From Phoronis australis (lineage: Eukaryota > Animalia > Phoronida): DNA of 64,000 bases. The stretch is taken from the NCBI GenBank assembly GCA_002633005.1, contig NMRA01000170.1:503007-567006 (forward strand). Direction: 5' to 3'. The first letter of the stretch is position 1. Every line of letters begins with the position of its first letter. Shown here one piece after another: positions 12,901 through 24,900 of this stretch. A model generated the notes under the pieces. The model ran no database searches. It had not been told where the DNA came from and was given only the letters and a program-made list of their open reading frames with translations. The position numbers were made by a program, and so were the translations under genes.

Positions 12901-15900
12901 TTTCATATCTGCGCTCTTGTATCACTATGACTGTCTACATCAGCCCAACCCAGACGTTCACAAGCTGAAGTGTTTCTACGCACACAAGAACAATCCCCGA
13001 CGCTACCTGAAGCCCTTTAAGGAGGAGGAAGTTTACCTCAACCCACGAATCGTTATTTTCCATGATGTCATCTCTGATGTTGAGATAGATCTGATAAAGA
13101 AAATGGTGGGACCCCGGGTAAGCAGATGTCACAATTGACATGGCAGTTGCAGAGCAGACGGGCTGTCAGTTGTTAGTAGTTGATAGACATATACATTGTT
13201 ATTTCCATATTCTTAGTTTTCAGCTTTCTGAAGAATTCATCTGTATTTGACACCATCAATTGTACTGTCTATTTTGTATGTTAAAAGCTCAGACTTGCTG
13301 TATTTTATGCATTGCTGAAAAGGAATTATAAGATCTCATCAAAAGCAATTCTAACTAGAAAGCACTGAGTCATAACTTATGATATCAGACTGTTTACACT
13401 TGCACACATGCCAGGGTTATGATTGAAAATAGAACAAAACTTATATAAACTTCAAAACTTCACTTGGTAAAATCAGTGAAGAAATGAACTGTAAAGCAGT
13501 GACATCTGTTCACGTGTACTTGGGTGTGCAGTCTAACTATTGACAGTTGTGGTTTTCACAATTGTTAGTTTGAAAATGGTTCATTTTCCTAAATATAAAT
13601 TTAATTAATTATATCCCATATGATGTTTTTGCAAAATCAAAAGTGTTGTCTTCAGGACATCCATTGTTTGATAAAGATAGAGTAACGTTGCTGCTAAGTA
13701 CAATCTCCTTGATTAACATTGACGGACTTGTTTTTTTTCTTCACGTTGAAGCTCACACTCTATGAAAAATTGCCTGGATTTTAAAGTTTATCAACAATCA
13801 TGTAACATGTAATATAACATTTGAAGCAAAAGAGTTGCAGATAGTAATATTTTGATATCATTTTCCTCTGGATACAGTGATGGTCAGTGTTTTTTATTTT
13901 AGAAGATAAGTTGTAACCTACTTTGCCAACATAGTTCTTGCAGCAAGCTATAAAACATTTTTCAGCTGATGCAAGGCACAGACAAAGAGTCACTACCTCA
14001 ACTATCTGCCTCAAGTGAAAGATGGTTACCTGTAAACAGCCCGAAAAAATCTCATTGAAATATGCCAATTTGGTACTTCTTCTAGTTGGTTTCTTATTTC
14101 AACTCCTTACCGTGTGCCTCCTGTTTACTACGTAGCCTCCTCTGGATGGTGTCGTGATAATTTCGCATGACTGTCATTGGTCAGTGAAGCTCGATCATCA
14201 ACCAAGTTCTTTGCACCAACCGCTGTGACGATTTGGGTGTGCTTGGAAAGAAATCAATGTAATGGTCAACTTTCCTCACTGCCTAATGTGAGGAGGAATG
14301 CTCGCTGCAGTCCACTTAGGCGCAGGCATGAGTTGTTTGCTGAGGTTACATCCATTTGAGGTGGATGACTCTCTGTCTGAGCCTAGCTTTATACACTCTC
14401 TGGCATTTTTCATCCAGTTTTCATTATAAGTATTCTTACAGCTGCACCGTTCCATGATTCAAAATTCAACTACAGGAGAACCGGAATTTTTTCCGTTTCG
14501 AATCAGTAAGAGGTAAGAACGATGTAGGAGTGAAGAGACCCTTGCGTGTAGACTTATATGTGCTTGTTAACGCGTACTGCAAACTGTCAGAGAGGTATAT
14601 CTAGTAAGTGAAATATTGAAACTATATATACACTCATCGGATTTCAAAGCTTGGATGGTTTTTCTTACCTCAACCTTTGCCACTGAAACATGAAACGTTT
14701 TTCGAACTGTGTGATGTTGCATGACTAATGGATAGCAAGCAGTCATTGGACATGCACTGCCACATAGTTTGGGCCCATTACACAAATACGTCATTTGAAA
14801 CTCGTGAGAAAGGCCCTCATTCAGTCATAAGGTTCTTCCTGAGAGCGGTTGCAAAAATCTGTAGACGTGTAGGTCACGTACATCTGCTATTGGTGCTTGG
14901 CATTTGAACGTACTTACTGTTTACAGATAGCATATGCATCCACACCCATTGCTGCTTCAACTTGTCTGGTCATTTCTCTTGAGTATCTTAATATTTCCAT
15001 TTATGCACCTGGTTCATTGTTTCAATAGCCCCACAGTGAGAAACTTGCTGTGAATAATCCCACTATAGATTCAAACAAATTTTTACTATGAACAATTTTG
15101 CATTGGGCTACACATTGTGGTGGGATTCTCAGTTCCATTATATATTCCAGAATTATTTTGGAAGCATTCGTTCATGAGTTTGCTGGGTTTCATCATTTCT
15201 TTAAAATTCGCTGTTGGAGCATGTGTGATAATTCTCTGCCTTTTGTTACTCTGATGTGATCGGCTCTTGGCCAGTTTATTATCTGTTCAGACACTGGCTT
15301 TATCTGAGAAAAGTGTTTTCCTGGTCTGATAACAGGGAGAGACATAACTTGCTGGGTTTTTTTTAATGGTATGGGACGCCATAGATTAATGAAAATAGTT
15401 CCTGTAAGAGATTTTTTCAAAATAACTAGGATTTTGAAATATTGGGAACACAGCTTTTGTGGAGTTTGAGCTGGCCTTTGCCTTTGGATACCCGGCTTAT
15501 GTTAAGGGTGTGGCATTGTTCCCTGACTTGGGGTCTTGCATTTTGAGTTTGCTGGGTTTGATTGTTTAATCCACTGTTGGAGCATCCATGATATTGCTCT
15601 GCCAGTAATTATCTGTTCTGACACTGGGTACATTTGGTCTGATAACAGGGTGCAACGTAACTTGCTGGGATTTTTTATTAACACGGGACATCACCGATTA
15701 ATGAAAATAGTTCCTGTAAGAGATTCATGCAAAATGACTAGGATTTTGAAATATTGAGAACAGAGCTTTTGTGAATGAACTAGCCTTTGTCTGTGGTTCT
15801 CCAGTTTATGTAAGAGTGGGTTATTTTTACCTGACTTGGGGTCTTGCATTTTGTGTTGCCAGTGCCTCGTTGAAGACTCATGAGGCACCGTTCCTTGAAA

Positions 15901-18900
15901 CTCTAGAACAGCGTGTTGCCGACTTCACACAACTCAACATGAAGGTGGCTGAAGAACTCCAGGTATAGCGAATGGTTCTTTGTCTCCATATTTTCATCAA
16001 TAAATAAGGTGAAGAACTATATATACCTCTAAGAAAATTCTTAACACCTTTTTCATAATCATCATATAAAACTTGATTGATTACAAATACGTTAAATATT
16101 CAATTATTTAGCAAAAAATACCAGAGCAGCCTTTTTCATTTTTCAAAACTTTAAACGCTGTTATGAATGCCTGCAATTTTTCAAAATATTGTCTCATGGT
16201 AGTGATGATATGGAAACAGAAAAATGAACCATTACTTTTTTGCTAATTTATTAATTAATGAAAAATTGAGATTATTATGTTCATATATCTTTCCATGTCG
16301 CATCCAAAATTGGGGAGATTTTACCCCATTCCCAAAATATGAAATTAATGTATTTTCATTAATTGTATTGCGATTCGCTGAAAAATCATTCAAAACCCTT
16401 TCCTTGTCTAATACAGACAAAACATTCTTAATTTTATACAGTGTATCATTAAAAGCTGTGCAACCGAAACCTTTGACTTTGTGATTCAAGCTGTACTATG
16501 TACACTTCTAAGTTGTCAATTATTCGGATTGGTGGCCATTATGAACTGCACGATGACTTTGCAAGGGTAAGTGACTAGTGTGTTTAGTTTTGGGGCCGAT
16601 GTCTGTGCTTCATATGTCTGCCATTGCATAAATATGATTGTGGGGTAGACTTGCTCCAGTTTTCTACAGAATTGTGTCACAGGAACTTGAAAATGTCATC
16701 CTTTTTACTTCTAAAATGTCATGGTATCATTGTATTTGTCTGGAAAATTCGTGGTTCCCCCGAGTCAAATTCTTCAAAACTTAGTCAAAACGAACCATAT
16801 ATGAGCTGGAATACTCCTTGTAAATGATTCATGTTTTGGTTGACAAAAAATATGAGCTAGGCCACTGCCCTTTAAGTGCATAGAACCTCTAATAAACATG
16901 TCTCGGTGTTTTGTAGGTAGCCAATTATGGAATTGGCGGCCATTATGAGCCTCATTTTGATCACGCACGGGTAAATCGGAGAATGCTTGATTAGTTTGGT
17001 GGTCATGAAGTGTCCATGTGCTGCCTGCAACTTTTTGGTTCCATTCTGGTTTCAAAGCTCACATAAGCCTCGAGGCCTTGTCTATGACTACATAAAGTGG
17101 AACTTACTGCATGGGTCATGGTTCGCACAGAACTTGAAAATTTGAATATTTATAGAGCTTGAAACGCTGTGTATTTTTTACACTACAAAACCTTGTCAAG
17201 TTTTCGAAAATTTGAAATATAACAATATTAATTTTGGGAATGGTTTTTGTTTGTTTCCTGTCTGTCTCGTGATTGTCACAAAAGTCAATTTACTCATCAT
17301 GATTCGACTTAAATTATGGACAAACAGGCCATACTCATACCAACCCTACCAGTCGCAGCCCTCTGGGTCAACATACCTGTCTTGTAGGATCTTGAAAAAT
17401 CCTTGAATAATGTCCAAGAGCATTTCGTCACCAGAATTCTGTGCGAACCATGAGTATTACTAAGCTGCTTTCGCACTGAGCTCATTCTCTTTGCATGATG
17501 AAGTCATGGAAACCTGTCGCGTCAATTTTCGCTTCTGATCACCTGGCTGAGCATTTTTTAAATTAGCTTGCAGGTACAATGAAGTCAAGTTTAAAGTTGT
17601 TAACTTGAAAATTTAAATTTAAAGAAGCACGCCTGTCACTTAGTCAGAACGATGACCTAAAGACCTTTTATTACTACTGTTATCTGTGAATCTTAAAATA
17701 TGTTGGTTTGTTAAGCTTAAACTGTCTATATTTTTTCTATATTCTAAGCTGTTTCTGTTTCGATAGGGTTGCGGGCTTCCTACTGTGTGTTGCCGCACTC
17801 TCTTGTATGCCCATCCGTTCCCGCTTTCACGTGGATTTCACTGTTTATTTCGCTTTGTATATGTTCATTCCACTTATTGCACAGATGATGAGACACGCAG
17901 TCTCAAAATATAGCTAATGTTGTTTAATTTATTTGTTTGTTATGTCTCTTGGTGTTTTACTACATAGCTGCACACCTGAAGAAAGGAGATTATTCCGACA
18001 CTAGGAGCGAACCAGTATCAAGCTTGAAAACAAAAATTCTAGTCGTATTTTCAACGAAGTTTATTATAAGTTTTAATTGGAGATTTTAAATTTAATGTGC
18101 TCGATTTTTATGCGCCCACGTATTTTTATGCACACTTGTCTTGTGGAAAGGTGATAAGTGTCGATCTTAAGTAGTTGAAAGATGTTACAGGAAGGAAATG
18201 CTTCCTCCAGTAGCTTTGCATTTGCGATACAACAGCTAGTGCGAGGTCATGTCAACATCTTACTAAGCTCAGTTCACATCTACTTTCCTGTACGATTCCC
18301 ATTGCCTATATATTTTCAAAGTTCTTGACCACTAAATGTTGTGGTGTTTACGTTGGTGGTGCCCAGATTATTTGTAGCCAAGCGAGAGCTTGCACTGACG
18401 ACTTTCATTAGGTAAATATGCAGCGTCCCCTGCCGGACGCAATCGTACAGTTACAGACAGTAAACAAAATCTCCCTTTCTACCTAACATCAATCTGCCAC
18501 TGATCACTCATGCTAATCAACTCATAAACTACTACGGCATCCCGCAGGATACAATCACATCGTCTCTCACGAGTCTCACAGCTAGGTGACATAGAAACTC
18601 TTCCTGACTTGGTCACATGCTTTGCACGTGAGTCGGACATTCTGTTGTCACAAGTCTGAGCACTATTAGTGTCGTCCTCACGATCACATGATAAATTATC
18701 CACACGGTACGAGATTCCCCCGACCAACACCAGAAGGAGTTTCAATCAAATATTCACGTTAAGATACTTGTCGTTTGACAATGCAAGCCCTACATGAACA
18801 TTTGTCCCACACGGTGTCATTCGAGCTCAACTGTGACAACTATCTAGCTCTATGACGACGTCATATTGCTGTTTTTGTTTCACCTTCCTGTCTCTCTTAA

Positions 18901-21900
18901 ACAACAATCTTATCGTAACTTACCCATTATGGCACATAGTTAGCTAGGTTTTTGGTATGTCTCGTGCGCATCTTCCTCCCCACCAGCAATTCAGCTGGAC
19001 TAAACCCATTTGATAATGGTGTCGAGCAGTATGCAAAAACAACAAGGTAGGGACCTTCAAATCACTCTGGTGAGCTATATGCAATGCCTAATTCTCGACT
19101 GTTTCTTATGGCCTCGTCAGAAAGAAGATGTTGACGTCGTATTCAAAAGTCTTGGTACAGGCAATAGGATTGCAACCGTCCTATTCTATGTAAGTTGTAA
19201 GTCGTTGATACATGCAATCAGTCTGCTGCATTCCAATTGTAAAATTCACCAATTTTTTACACAATATGATGGACATGCATGTGTAATTTTATTTTCTCAT
19301 TTTTTTTCTCATTTCTCTCAGTGCTCAAAGCTTTTGAACAATCAAGTGGACAATTGTGGCATTTTTGTCCAACATTGGTGAGGTTTAACTCTATTCTCTG
19401 TATTTTTAAAAGTATTTATTTGGTATAAGCAATTGGATTGCAACAGTCACGTTCTATTTTAAGTTAAACTTTCTAAATGCACAGAGAGCAGATTCTGTAT
19501 TGAAACACATAAGGTACCACTTGTTTTCAATTGATGCGCGGTCATCCACAAAATACACTCATTTGCATGCTTTTAACTAATATATGAGTATTCAAGGACT
19601 GTTTATTTTAAGATTTGACAAAGCTTAGTTAAAGTCTTGTATTTGGTCAACGAAACGAGCTTATTCAACTGTGAAATTACCTTAGTCTCCTTTTCATCTC
19701 TGATAACGAGCTTTCGACCGACGCACGTATGATTTAACCATTATTCGTTACATATATCGATCATAAAAACTATAAATACAGCTCCAGACATGTTGAAAAT
19801 GAAATCCGCGAGCCAGGGAGTACTTCTATTGAACTCGTGCTTGTACCACAGTCGTAAATTTTATCTGACGAGCATGCTTTGCTTTTTGAAATTTGAAGCA
19901 AAGTCTAGAGACCTGGAATATTTTTGCCCAGACCTTAGCTTTTGTGCTAAATTTGAGCCCTGTGTGTTTAGGAAGTTTGACTGAATCAATAAACTTCAAA
20001 AAAAGACTCCACTCAGGTTTTGTTTTTGTTCAAAAAAGCTTTTTTAATGCTCAGATTCTTCCATAGTCTCTACCTATACTAGAGACTATCAAACTCCAGT
20101 TGGAAGCTATTGCCATTTCCTTCAAGTCTGTCAACATTTGTGACAGGTAATAGTGCCTTTTCATATGGTACAATGTACGCTTGGACTTTTTACCTAGAAC
20201 TGTCTTGTGTGTAAATGTATGGGTCTCACTTGCTGAGATTTAAGATTGCGTATCGCCAAGCCACACTTGTAACAAAACTATAATTTTAGAGTTTGCAGTG
20301 GAATTCACGAGAGATGTTCCAACACCTGGTGTTTGGGCAGGGAGCCAGCCTAGTTGTCTAATTGTGCTTAGAAATAGTGGTGTCGCGCAATGAGATTCAT
20401 GATCGTGTGTTACTAAGCCACATCCCCACAATAAAAATGTTACAAAATCCACTCGAGTTCACTTGCATTAAGCATGTAGATATCAGGACATCTAGTGCTC
20501 AGGGTGGGAACTGGTAGACTGTACATGTTCTGGAACAACCTTCTGAAGGAAAGAGTACTACTGTAGGATTACATACTGCTGTCCAGGACGTGGACGATGA
20601 AAGTCATTGACAGGAAAGTACATGCCAGAAAGTATTCAAACAATATTACCCAAAATTCCCTGCCGTCACAGCCTGGTAGAAGCTGAATTTGTAATCACCG
20701 TGGCTTTTTCTCACGACCGAGAATGATAGAATTAACAGGAACGCTATCGCGGTGGCTATGCCATCCTGTATTAGAATTTTGCCACTGTTGACACGTACAA
20801 TTAGCCCAAATTCCGGCGAAATAGTATTTTGTTTGATTACTTTACCTTGTACTGTTAGTGAATGTATTTTAAAGTTTGTGCTCACTCTACTTAAATATTA
20901 AGTCCAGTGATAACGAGTACCTGGCAGAAGAAAACATTGACGCCTGTATGACAAAGTTTTAAGATTTTGTATCGGAATCATGTGACTAGCAAACCTCCAC
21001 TTGGTTTTTTCGTGTAGGTGTAATTCAAGTGCCTGTTTCCACATTGTGTTGTGATCAGTTGAATGCCTCTTGGTTTGGGGGTTTCATTACACGTGTCACA
21101 TGCGTTTTGTTGTGTTACAGTTGAGTGACGTGGAAGCTGGAGGGGCCACTGTATTCACTAAGATTGGTGTGAAGGTATTCCCCAAGAAGGTAAGAACCCG
21201 ACATGACACGTTTTCCCGTTCACTGACTCTACCAGACATGGGGGGTTCTGAGCGTGTGATAACATCTAGCTTCTTTGTTAACTGCCAAGCACACTCTTTT
21301 TATGTCACGACAACAAGCAGGCCAATTATCTACCAGGCTTATTACAGACCACGTGTGAACACAGTCAAACTCACAGTGAATTGGTGTATTCGGAAAGAAT
21401 AGATTGTCGTAACTTCGGTTGTAGTTGAGCGATTTTGGCAATTCAAAAACTAAACATTATCAGCATTTGACGATCATTCAGAAATGCTATTGCTTTATGT
21501 TCAAATATGTTGTAACTTAACTTTTATTTTTAACAGCACAACCCAGTCATGGTAGATACGATCTTATTTGAGATTAGAGGAACAAAAGAGAGCTGGCCCT
21601 TCAACCATAAATTCCAGAATGAAGTTAATCAGTCGTGTAAGATATCGGCTACACTGGAGTAAACTTCCCAATTTGTTCAAGTTGTTGGGCTATAGAATCG
21701 AACAAGTTGGGAGCAACGGGAAAACGTCGTAATAAATATTAGATGATAATCAACAGTGTAACTGCCATTTGAATAAAGAATACCCACAGTCATGGCCTGC
21801 AGTACAGTGACGAAATTAAGTTTTGTTTTCAGTTCAATACTCCTTCCATGATCCGGATTGTACAAAATGTTTCTGCGTAGTATATGGTCCCTTCAGTTCA

Positions 21901-24900
21901 GAAAAGTGGTGGAAGATTTGGCCACGTGACTTTTACAAATGGGTTGTTATAAGGAAGCATTCTCTTAAGTTCTGATTACAATCTTGCTGTTTCAAGAGCA
22001 CCATAGACATGACTCCAAACATGAGTATTTCCGAACTTCTCTGTGATGTTATTAACCGGTATTTGTCTCTGATCTTACCAAGGCCTCCATGAGAAGTTGA
22101 TAAAAACAACGATGGATTTAAATCGGCATAACATGTTTCGGCGTTGAGGCTCTATACATCAACTGGTGTAACCATATAGTCTCAGCAGGCAACTCGGGCA
22201 CGCCACAAGTTCGTCATTGTTAGTCTTGTCTAATTGCTACTCCCCTGTATCTGATTGTGCCTGTGTATCATTATTTGTTGGCCTACCAAGTGGCCACTGG
22301 TTTTGCTTCTGAGGATGGTGCTTTAATAAACGCCGAAACATGTCCAGCCGGTTTAAATATATAGTTATTTTTATCAACATATGCTGCTACTTGCTATCAT
22401 GGAGATCTCCACCAGAAGTGATGCACAATGTTCAGAAGGAGATTTAACTCTGGTCGGACATTGCTGTGTGGGTTGAGTGTTATGGCAATACACCAATGCC
22501 TTGGTGCACTCTAGGTTAAAGTTATGTAAGACCCTAGATGAATGTCCTGAACATCGTATCTCAGAAATCGATCAGATACAAAACTTGCCAATATTATGTT
22601 TTATGCTCTATGCTTCGAACACTGTTAGGAATTGTTTTGTTATAGCCCTGGTGAGAATTTGACACGTTTGACACGCTCTAAAAACGTGGAGTATTGGAAC
22701 GCCCTAAAAATGTGTCAAACGTGCAAAACGTGGCGTGTTAAACGTGGCGTGTCAAACGTGTAAAATGTAGCGTGTCAAACGTGTCAAGAACGTGTCAAAA
22801 ACGTGAAATTTTCGTTCCAATACTCCACGTTTGACACGCTAAGCGTGTCAAATGTGGCAATACGCGTGTAAAACGTGGTGATAGCGTGTCAAACGGGGCG
22901 TGCCAAAACGTGGCAAAACGTGTCACTTTTGTTCCAATACTCATGCATGGTGAGCGCGTAACTTATGGCAGCGTGTCAAACGTGGCACTTTTGACACGCT
23001 AGCGTGTCGAACGTGTCGCTTTTGCCACGTTAGCGTGTCGAACGTGGCGCTTTTGCCATGCTAGCCTGTAATCTGTGTCATTGCCATGGTAGCGACCCCA
23101 CATTTAGCCTGAGGCCGTGTACAAGCCATAATGTTCTTGTTTATAGCAGCTCACCATCCACCATGGGAATCCACACTGAAAGCAAATGTATCAAGGGATT
23201 TCTTTAAGTCACTGTTTATTGTAACATGTAAATAATCTAAAATGTGATAATGATATAGAATCTTTAAAAGGATAATGTAACTATCCAGTTCTTACCACAT
23301 ACATTTGTCACTAAATTTCATTACATCTAAAATAACATTAACACAGAAATAAGAAAATGGTTCAACACATAAGTTCGAAGTGCTTAAGATGCTATATATA
23401 TGTATATAAGTTAGCTTGAGTCATGGCAGTTGCTTGAAGACAGTTTATGAAGTAAAAAACAGACGCACTTTGTAACATTTTTGAATTGCCAAGAATGATT
23501 CAACATTTGTCATGTTGATTTTGCAGCCCAAACCTCTACACACAATGTCTTATCCTTATTCAAGCTGACACAAAATTTGAGTTGATCCCACAACAACAAT
23601 TATTTATTGATATGCTACTGAAGATGAGAGGCGTTCCAACTTCATGCACAGTCAACAGTTTCTACTGACTTTTGTTTTCTGTTATAATCAAACTTACCTG
23701 TTAAAAGAAAGACCATTTGCAAGAAAATTTTATCAAGCCACTGTCAACCAGGGTACATACATACCGAACTTCTGTTATAGCTGCACCACACTCGAAAACC
23801 ATACTTCATAAGTGCTCTCCTGACACAACTGCATTCTCTGCCAGCTAAACCAACTCTAACTCAGTATTTAGGTATTTGAAAAGGCAGTGAAATCTTTTGT
23901 TGCATATTCTCTGATGTTATTAAGGGAACATGTTTAGTCATTCAAATTGGGTGATTACCTCCCAGTAGTCTTTTCACAGCTGTCAAGGCTATTTAAATTG
24001 TATCTTTATCGAAGAGTTCTATCATATTCTACACGTTTGATACGCTAGTGTGTAAAATTTTACACGTTTGACACGCTAGCGTGTCACATTTTACACGTTT
24101 GATGTGCTAGCGTGTCAAATTTTACACGTTTTACACGCTAGCGTGTCACATTTTACACCTTTGATATGCTGGCGTGACAAATTTTACACGTTTGACACGC
24201 TAGCGTGGCACATTATTACACGTTTGACACGCTACCGTGTAAAATTTTACACGTTCGACACTCTAGCGTGTCATGTTTTTACACGCTTTACACGTTAGCG
24301 TGGCAATTTTGACACGTATTACACATTTTTACACGTTTGACACGTTTGACACGCTCAAACGCGTGTCAAACGTGTAAAATTCTCACCCGTTAGTATTCAC
24401 ATACGCCACATGTTGGTCATGTCGCGCGACCTCGGTCAGGGCAGAGATCTTTTCGGCCCTAAATGTAGGTCACGTGATGTGGCCAACATATAGCGTGTAT
24501 GAAGACTAATAATTCTTACTTACGCAGTTCAACTTTTGCATGAGATGGAGAATAGGTAACAACTTGTTTCATACTCAGATGAGAAGTGATTTTTTGGCTT
24601 GCAGTGAACAGTGAACTGACAGTTCGTTATTTTTGAGACCATTCTTGGTACATAAAATGGCCGCTGTAACAACGCTACTTGTAAAACCTTATCCCAAGCT
24701 TGAAATAATCTCAAATTTGACTAAAAAAGAACACCCTAGATTTATTTTTCTACTAGCGAAACATCTCCATTTCTTTCTTTCTTTCTCCAGGGAACAGCTG
24801 CATTTTGGCATAACCTGTACAAGAATGGGCAAGGAAACTCCAATACCCTTCATGCTGGGTGTCCTGTTTTGACAGGATCTAAATGGGGTGAGTGCTGGTG

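Larger units (their letters stand above)
12358..15505 (+). repeat. Second near-identical copy of 9055-12186, including exons 6'-8'
   Basis: Colinear with scattered substitutions and indels; starts immediately after the single N. Confidence 0.95.

Noticed and set aside
22655-24380. CRISPR-like regularly spaced palindromic repeats
   Set aside because: Units are head-to-tail with no unique spacers, there are no cas genes, the context is a eukaryotic intron and the array is bounded by transposon TIRs.
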